From an uncultured Verrucomicrobiae bacterium (GTDB lineage: Bacteria; Verrucomicrobiota; Verrucomicrobiia; Chthoniobacterales; Chthoniobacteraceae), in assembly GCA_963769025.1 (NCBI GenBank), contig CAVYKI010000012.1, positions 192,001 to 256,000 of the forward strand: a stretch of DNA of 64,000 nt, in the 5' to 3' direction. Under the pieces are notes generated by a model. It saw only the letters and a program-made list of their open reading frames with translations, searched no databases and was not told the DNA's origin. Below are positions 59,603 to 64,000 of the stretch, piece after piece. Within the stretch, counting starts at the first letter, position 1, and each line of letters begins with the position of its first letter. The position numbers were made by a program, and so were the translations under genes.

Positions 59603-59658
59603 GGGCGGCCTCGGCGAGACCGCCCTACCGTGGTAGGGCGTGCTCGCCGAGCGCGCCC
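59603..59658. repeat. Two intergenic GTAG-type REPs, back to back
   Basis: GGGCGGCCTCGGCGAGACCGCCCTAC-CGTG-GTAGGGCGTGCTCGCCGAGCGCGCCC; same family as the queA insertion. Confidence 0.85.
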
Positions 59659-59664
59659 CATTTC

Positions 59665-60270
59665 TCACTCAGCAAACCGCACCACTCTCATCGCCACCAT
59701 CCGCGCGACGGCGACGAGCGTGTTTGCGTCGCAGATTTCCCCCGAAGCGATCATCGCGCGGATTTCCTGCGCGGAAAATGCGCGGCAGTCGGTGATGGAT
59801 TCCGCGGCGTCCGGCTTCGCGCCACCCGCCGCCGGGACCACCGGCCGCACGAGCAGCAAATGGCTGTGCTCATCCGTGAAACCCGAGCTCGGGAAAAAAT
59901 GCCCGAGTGAAATCACCTCCCCGCCCGGCGCGAGCGCATGTCCCGCCTCCTCCTCCAGCTCACGCAGACCCGTCGTGCGGATCGCATCGGGATCGGCGGT
60001 GTCATCGATCTGCCCGGCCGGAAATTCCCAGATGGTCGCGCGAATCGGCACGCGCTCCTGCCGGATGAGCAGGAATTTCCCTTCCTCCGTCATCGGCGCG
60101 ACAACCACCGCTCCCTTGCGATGCACGACCGTCCACGGGAATGGCTCGGGCCGGGTCGGCGACGTGACCACCGCCTTGTGAACCTCAAGGTACGGGTTCG
60201 CGAATTGCATCTCGCTCGATACGACGCTCCAGCCGGCGCAGTCCTGGATGAAGCGGTGAAAACGATCCAT
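59665..60270 (-). CDS. NUDIX hydrolase (ADP-ribose pyrophosphatase-like)
   Basis: WEFPAGQID...GLRELEEEAG Nudix box. Confidence 0.9.
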   Translation of the reverse strand: MDRFHRFIQDCAGWSVVSSEMQFANPYLEVHKAVVTSPTRPEPFPWTVVHRKGAVVVAPMTEEGKFLLIRQERVPIRATIWEFPAGQIDDTADPDAIRTTGLRELEEEAGHALAPGGEVISLGHFFPSSGFTDEHSHLLLVRPVVPAAGGAKPDAAESITDCRAFSAQEIRAMIASGEICDANTLVAVARMVAMRVVRFAE

Positions 60271-60276
60271 GGCCGG

Positions 60277-61642
60277 TTAGCGGAGCACCTTCTTCCAGCG
60301 AGCGAGTTGCGCGGCGACATTGCGCGGCGACGGCGCTCCGATGCCCTTCCGCGCCGCCATCGCGGTCGCGAGTTTGAAGCAGCGGAAGACACCTTTTTCA
60401 AATGCCGGTGACAGCACGCGCCAGTCGGCAAGCGTGAGCTGCGGCAGGTCGCAGCCGCGCTGCGTGCAGAGCGCCACAGCCTTGCCGACGATCTCGTGCG
60501 CGCTGCGAAACGGCACGCCGCGGTTCACGAGATAATCGGCGACATCCGTCGCGAGCAGCATCGGGTCGGCGACGGCGGCGGCGCATGCGGCGGCGTTCAC
60601 CTTCGTGCCGCGCAGCATCCCGGCGAAGACGGCGAGCGCGGCCTTCACCGTGTCCACGCTGTCGAAGACCGGCTCCTTGTCCTCCTGCATGTCGCGGTTG
60701 TAGGTCATCGGCAGGCCCTTCAGCGTCGTGAGCAGCGAGACGAGATTGCCGATGACGCGCCCGGTTTTGCCGCGCGTGAGCTCGGCGACATCGGGGTTCT
60801 TCTTCTGCGGCATGAGCGACGACCCGGTGGTGTAGGCGTCGCTGATGGTGACGAACTTGAACTCGCTCGACGCCCAGAGGATCACATCCTCGCTGAGCCG
60901 CGAGAGGTGCGTGGCAACAAGCGCGAGCGCGGCGAGCAGTTCCACGGCAAAATCGCGGTCGCTCACCGCATCCATCGAGTTCTGCGTCACCTCGGGGAAG
61001 CCGAGCAGCTTCGCAACAAGCTTCGCGATCGAGCACGATGGTCGAGCCCGCGATGGCGCCGCTGCCGAGCGGCAGCACGTTCATCCGCTTGCGGCAATCC
61101 GCGACCCGTCCGAGATCGCGCTCCAGCATCTCCACGTAGGCGAGCAGGTGATGCGCAAAATACACCGGCTGCGCCCGCTGAAGATGCGTGTAGCCGGGGA
61201 TGATGACGTCGCTGTTCCGCCCGGCGAGATCCACGAGCGCCCGCTGCAAGTCGCGCAACAGCTCGCCGATCGCATCGCACTCGTCCCGGAGATACAGCCG
61301 GATATCCAGCGCGACCTGATCGTTCCGCGAGCGCGCCGTGTGCAGCTTCGCGCCGGCGTCGCCGATGCGCTTCGTCAGCTCGGCCTCGATGTTCATGTGG
61401 ATGTCCTCCAGCTCCGTCTTGAAACGGAACTTTCCCGCCGCGATCTCCGCGCCGATTTTCCGCAAGCCCTCGACGATCTGCGCGCGCTCCTTTTTGGAAA
61501 TCAGCCCCGCCTTTTCCAGCGCCGCGCTGTGCGCGATGGAGCCCTCGATGTCATGCCGCCACAGCCGCCAGTCGAAGCTGATGCTCTCGCTGAACGACTG
61601 GAGCAGTGCGGCGGTTTGTTCTTTGAATCGGCCTTTCCACAT
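60277..61642 (-). CDS. argH: Argininosuccinate lyase (frameshift ~61020)
   Basis: MWKGRF, EDIHMNIE, HTARSRNDQ, PGYTHLQRAQP, GSSLMPQKKNPD. Confidence 0.96.
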
Positions 61643-61713
61643 AGGGCGCGGAGCATTCCGCACGCGCCGCGCCGGTGCAAGAACGGGCTGTTCGACCTCC
61701 GCGACAGGATGTC

Positions 61714-62151
61714 CTATTTCGACCCGCCGTTTGGACCCTCGTCCTCAACACCGATCTTCGCACCCGTCGCGTCTCGGATGTAATCGAGCTCGAATTTCGC
61801 GCCGACAGCCCTCGCTTTGTCCTTCACCGTCACCAGCACTTCGCCCTCCGTGACTGCACCGGGCGCAAAGCCGCCCATCTCTCCGCGGATCACGAAGTGC
61901 TTCCGGGAGCCGAGATCCGCACCCGCAGCGTCGAGAACGGTGATGAGAACCTTCGCGCGGACAATTTGAACCGCTGCCTTGCTTGTCACCCGGTATGCGA
62001 CGTTGACGTGATCTCCGCTGCGGGGAGTGACGGACGTCATCTCAACACGGAGCATGCTGTTCAGCTTCTCCTCGGCAGGAGTCACGGCCTTGTTGCATCC
62101 CATGAGCGACAACAGGAGCAGTCCCGCGGCGAATGCGATGCGCGGCTTCAT
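61714..62151 (-). CDS. Small lipoprotein (Ig-like fold predicted)
   Basis: Lipobox LMGC; beta-rich sequence. Confidence 0.6.
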   Translation of the reverse strand: MKPRIAFAAGLLLLSLMGCNKAVTPAEEKLNSMLRVEMTSVTPRSGDHVNVAYRVTSKAAVQIVRAKVLITVLDAAGADLGSRKHFVIRGEMGGFAPGAVTEGEVLVTVKDKARAVGAKFELDYIRDATGAKIGVEDEGPNGGSK

Positions 62152-62232
62152 TTCAACTGGAGCAGACCCGTCCCGATCGGCCGATGAAGTGTCATGGGCA
62201 AGTGCGACGACTCAAACACTCCGAGCTTCGCG

Positions 62233-63507
62233 CTACTTCCGCGTGTGGACGAAAACGCCGCGCTTGTTCCCGACGACGACGTCGAGCTTGCCGTCGCCAT
62301 TCACGTCCGTGCCCATCACCTGCGTGCCGACGCCGCTGTTGTCGTCGATGATGTGCGCGACGTATTTTGCCTTGCCGCCTTCGCGCTTCAGCTCGAACCA
62401 GTACACCACGTGTGGCGCGTTCGGCTCCGGGTCGCCGGAATTGCCGTGCGCCCAGCAGCGTTTGCCGGTCACGATGTCCTTCAGCCCGTCGCCATTCATG
62501 TCCACGAGATCGATCGCATGCGGCTGGGAAAAGATGATGCCGGTCTCGCCCTCGCCGGGCTTGGTGCCGGTGATCATGTGCTTCGTCCAGCCCTGCACGC
62601 CGCCGTCGTTCGTCTGCTCGAACCACGCGAGGCCATACTGATGCGCGGCGAGGCTGGTGATGATGTCGGCCTTGCCGTCGCCATTCACGTCGTAAGCGTA
62701 CATCTGCGCGCCGCCGCCGCCAAATTGCGCCTCGTGGAAAGTCCACGGCGTCGTGCCGTCCCACTTCGCAGGCTGTTCCCACCAGCCTTTGGATTCGAGA
62801 ATGTCGATGCGCCCGTCGCCGTTCACATCGCCGTAGCCGATGCCGTGGGTGAATTTCGCATACGGTCCCTTTGGCGAGACGGCGTGAAATTTCCACGGCT
62901 CCGCGGGCTTGCTCCAGTCCGCCTCCGCGTAGCCGATGAAGCCGCCGCTCATGCACAGCAGCTCCGGCTTTCCGTCGCCGGTGATGTCCACAAACATCGG
63001 CGACTCGTTGTCCGTCACGGCGAGGATCGTGTGCCGCTGCCAGAGCTCTTCCGTGCCCTTCGGATTCTCCCACCAGAATGTCTCCTGCCCCGGGAACCCG
63101 ATGACCACGTAGTCCGCCCAGCCATCGCCGTTGATGTCGTGCGCGTAGCTGATGAAGTTGTTCGAGTAGGTGTTCTTCGTTCCGAGAAATCCCTCGAAGC
63201 CGGGCACCGTCTCATCCGCACCCGTCAGGCCGTCTTGCGGATGAACGATCTTCTCCATCTGGTAAATGGTGTGCCGCTTTGTGAAGTCCGGCCCCTCGTA
63301 CCAAAACGGCCCGCTGAGGATGTCCATCTTGCCGTCCTTGTTCACATCCGCCACGCACGCGCCCTCGGCCCAGAAATGCTCGGTGAGCTGCTTCTTCGTC
63401 CACTCACCCGTGAGCGGCGGCGGCGGAGTGGAGATTCCCGGCGACGCCGGTTGATCGGCAGCCACGGCAAAAGTCGAAAGGGCGAGGAGGGCGAGCGGGG
63501 TTTTCAT
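62233..63507 (-). CDS. FG-GAP/VCBS repeat protein
   Basis: Repeated D(V/I/M)NGDGxxD motifs; signal peptide. Confidence 0.9.
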   Translation of the reverse strand: MKTPLALLALSTFAVAADQPASPGISTPPPPLTGEWTKKQLTEHFWAEGACVADVNKDGKMDILSGPFWYEGPDFTKRHTIYQMEKIVHPQDGLTGADETVPGFEGFLGTKNTYSNNFISYAHDINGDGWADYVVIGFPGQETFWWENPKGTEELWQRHTILAVTDNESPMFVDITGDGKPELLCMSGGFIGYAEADWSKPAEPWKFHAVSPKGPYAKFTHGIGYGDVNGDGRIDILESKGWWEQPAKWDGTTPWTFHEAQFGGGGAQMYAYDVNGDGKADIITSLAAHQYGLAWFEQTNDGGVQGWTKHMITGTKPGEGETGIIFSQPHAIDLVDMNGDGLKDIVTGKRCWAHGNSGDPEPNAPHVVYWFELKREGGKAKYVAHIIDDNSGVGTQVMGTDVNGDGKLDVVVGNKRGVFVHTRK

Positions 63508-63715
63508 GTGGGGTAATTGAGCGCGCGGAGCGTGCGCGCTTAGGCGCGGAGTGCAAGCCTTCGTAGCCGAAGACGGGGAAGTCGGGCACGCGTCGCCATG
63601 CTGCGTGCGATGCGTGATCAGCTCTCGGCGATCGGAGTTGCGAGCAGCGCAGCGGGCTGTAATCGGATCGCTGATCGCAGCATCCAGCCCGCCTCCTTGC
63701 GTCGGCGGCAAACTC

Positions 63716-64000
63716 CTACTTCGCGCTCTCAAACAGCTTCGTCAGGTCGGCGTAGCCGGCGTCCTTGAGCTTGTCCTTCGGGATGAATTTCAGCGCGGCG
63801 CTGTTGATGCAGTAGCGCTGGCCGGTCGGCTTCGGGCCGTCGTCGAAGAGATGGCCGAGGTGCGCGTTGCTCGTCTTTGCGCGGACCTCCGTGCGCACCA
63901 TGCCGTGCGAGGTGTCGCGCTTTTCCACGATCTCCGTCTTGTCGATCGGCTGGAAAAAGCTCGGCCAGCCGCTGCCGGATTCAAACTTGTGCGTGCTCGC
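63716..64000 (-). CDS. msrB: Peptide methionine sulfoxide reductase B (partial, 5' end outside the window)
   Basis: [39 protein letters not shown]. Confidence 0.95.
   Translation of the reverse strand, partial: ASTHKFESGSGWPSFFQPIDKTEIVEKRDTSHGMVRTEVRAKTSNAHLGHLFDDGPKPTGQRYCINSAALKFIPKDKLKDAGYADLTKLFESAK

Noticed and set aside
60990..61040. Programmed frameshift in argH (also katG and xylA)
   Set aside because: No slippery site or precedent that I can identify; the many similar indels nearby point to sequencing error

Overview
This is GC-rich bacterial DNA with a PVC-superphylum (Verrucomicrobia-like) gene complement: PVC-type heme/CxxCH proteins, DUF1552, PQQ-like and VCBS propellers, and PAS-AraC regulators. 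It is mostly core and metabolic genes: the end of a glycosyltransferase/methyltransferase cluster abutting tRNA-Lys(UUU), moeB, CHAD-ppk1-ppk2, an ECF sigma/anti-sigma/PDZ triad, rplS-rnhB-yraN, tadA, queA, xylA, katG, tatC, an ABC exporter, argH and msrB. No integrase, transposase, rRNA or CRISPR array was seen. The most striking signal is a set of several different miniature palindromic (REP/REPIN-like) element families concentrated at 28.3-33.8 kb. Some of them sit in-frame inside proteins (queA, and three different elements in one heme-protein gene) and have matching intergenic sister copies. A second notable signal is a 30-bp motif (25/30 identical) present both upstream of a CBM-containing cytochrome gene and upstream of a PAS-AraC gene, flanking the xylA block. 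Many genes from 32 to 61 kb carry frameshifts that look like consensus sequencing errors. All family assignments are from motif recognition, not database searches.
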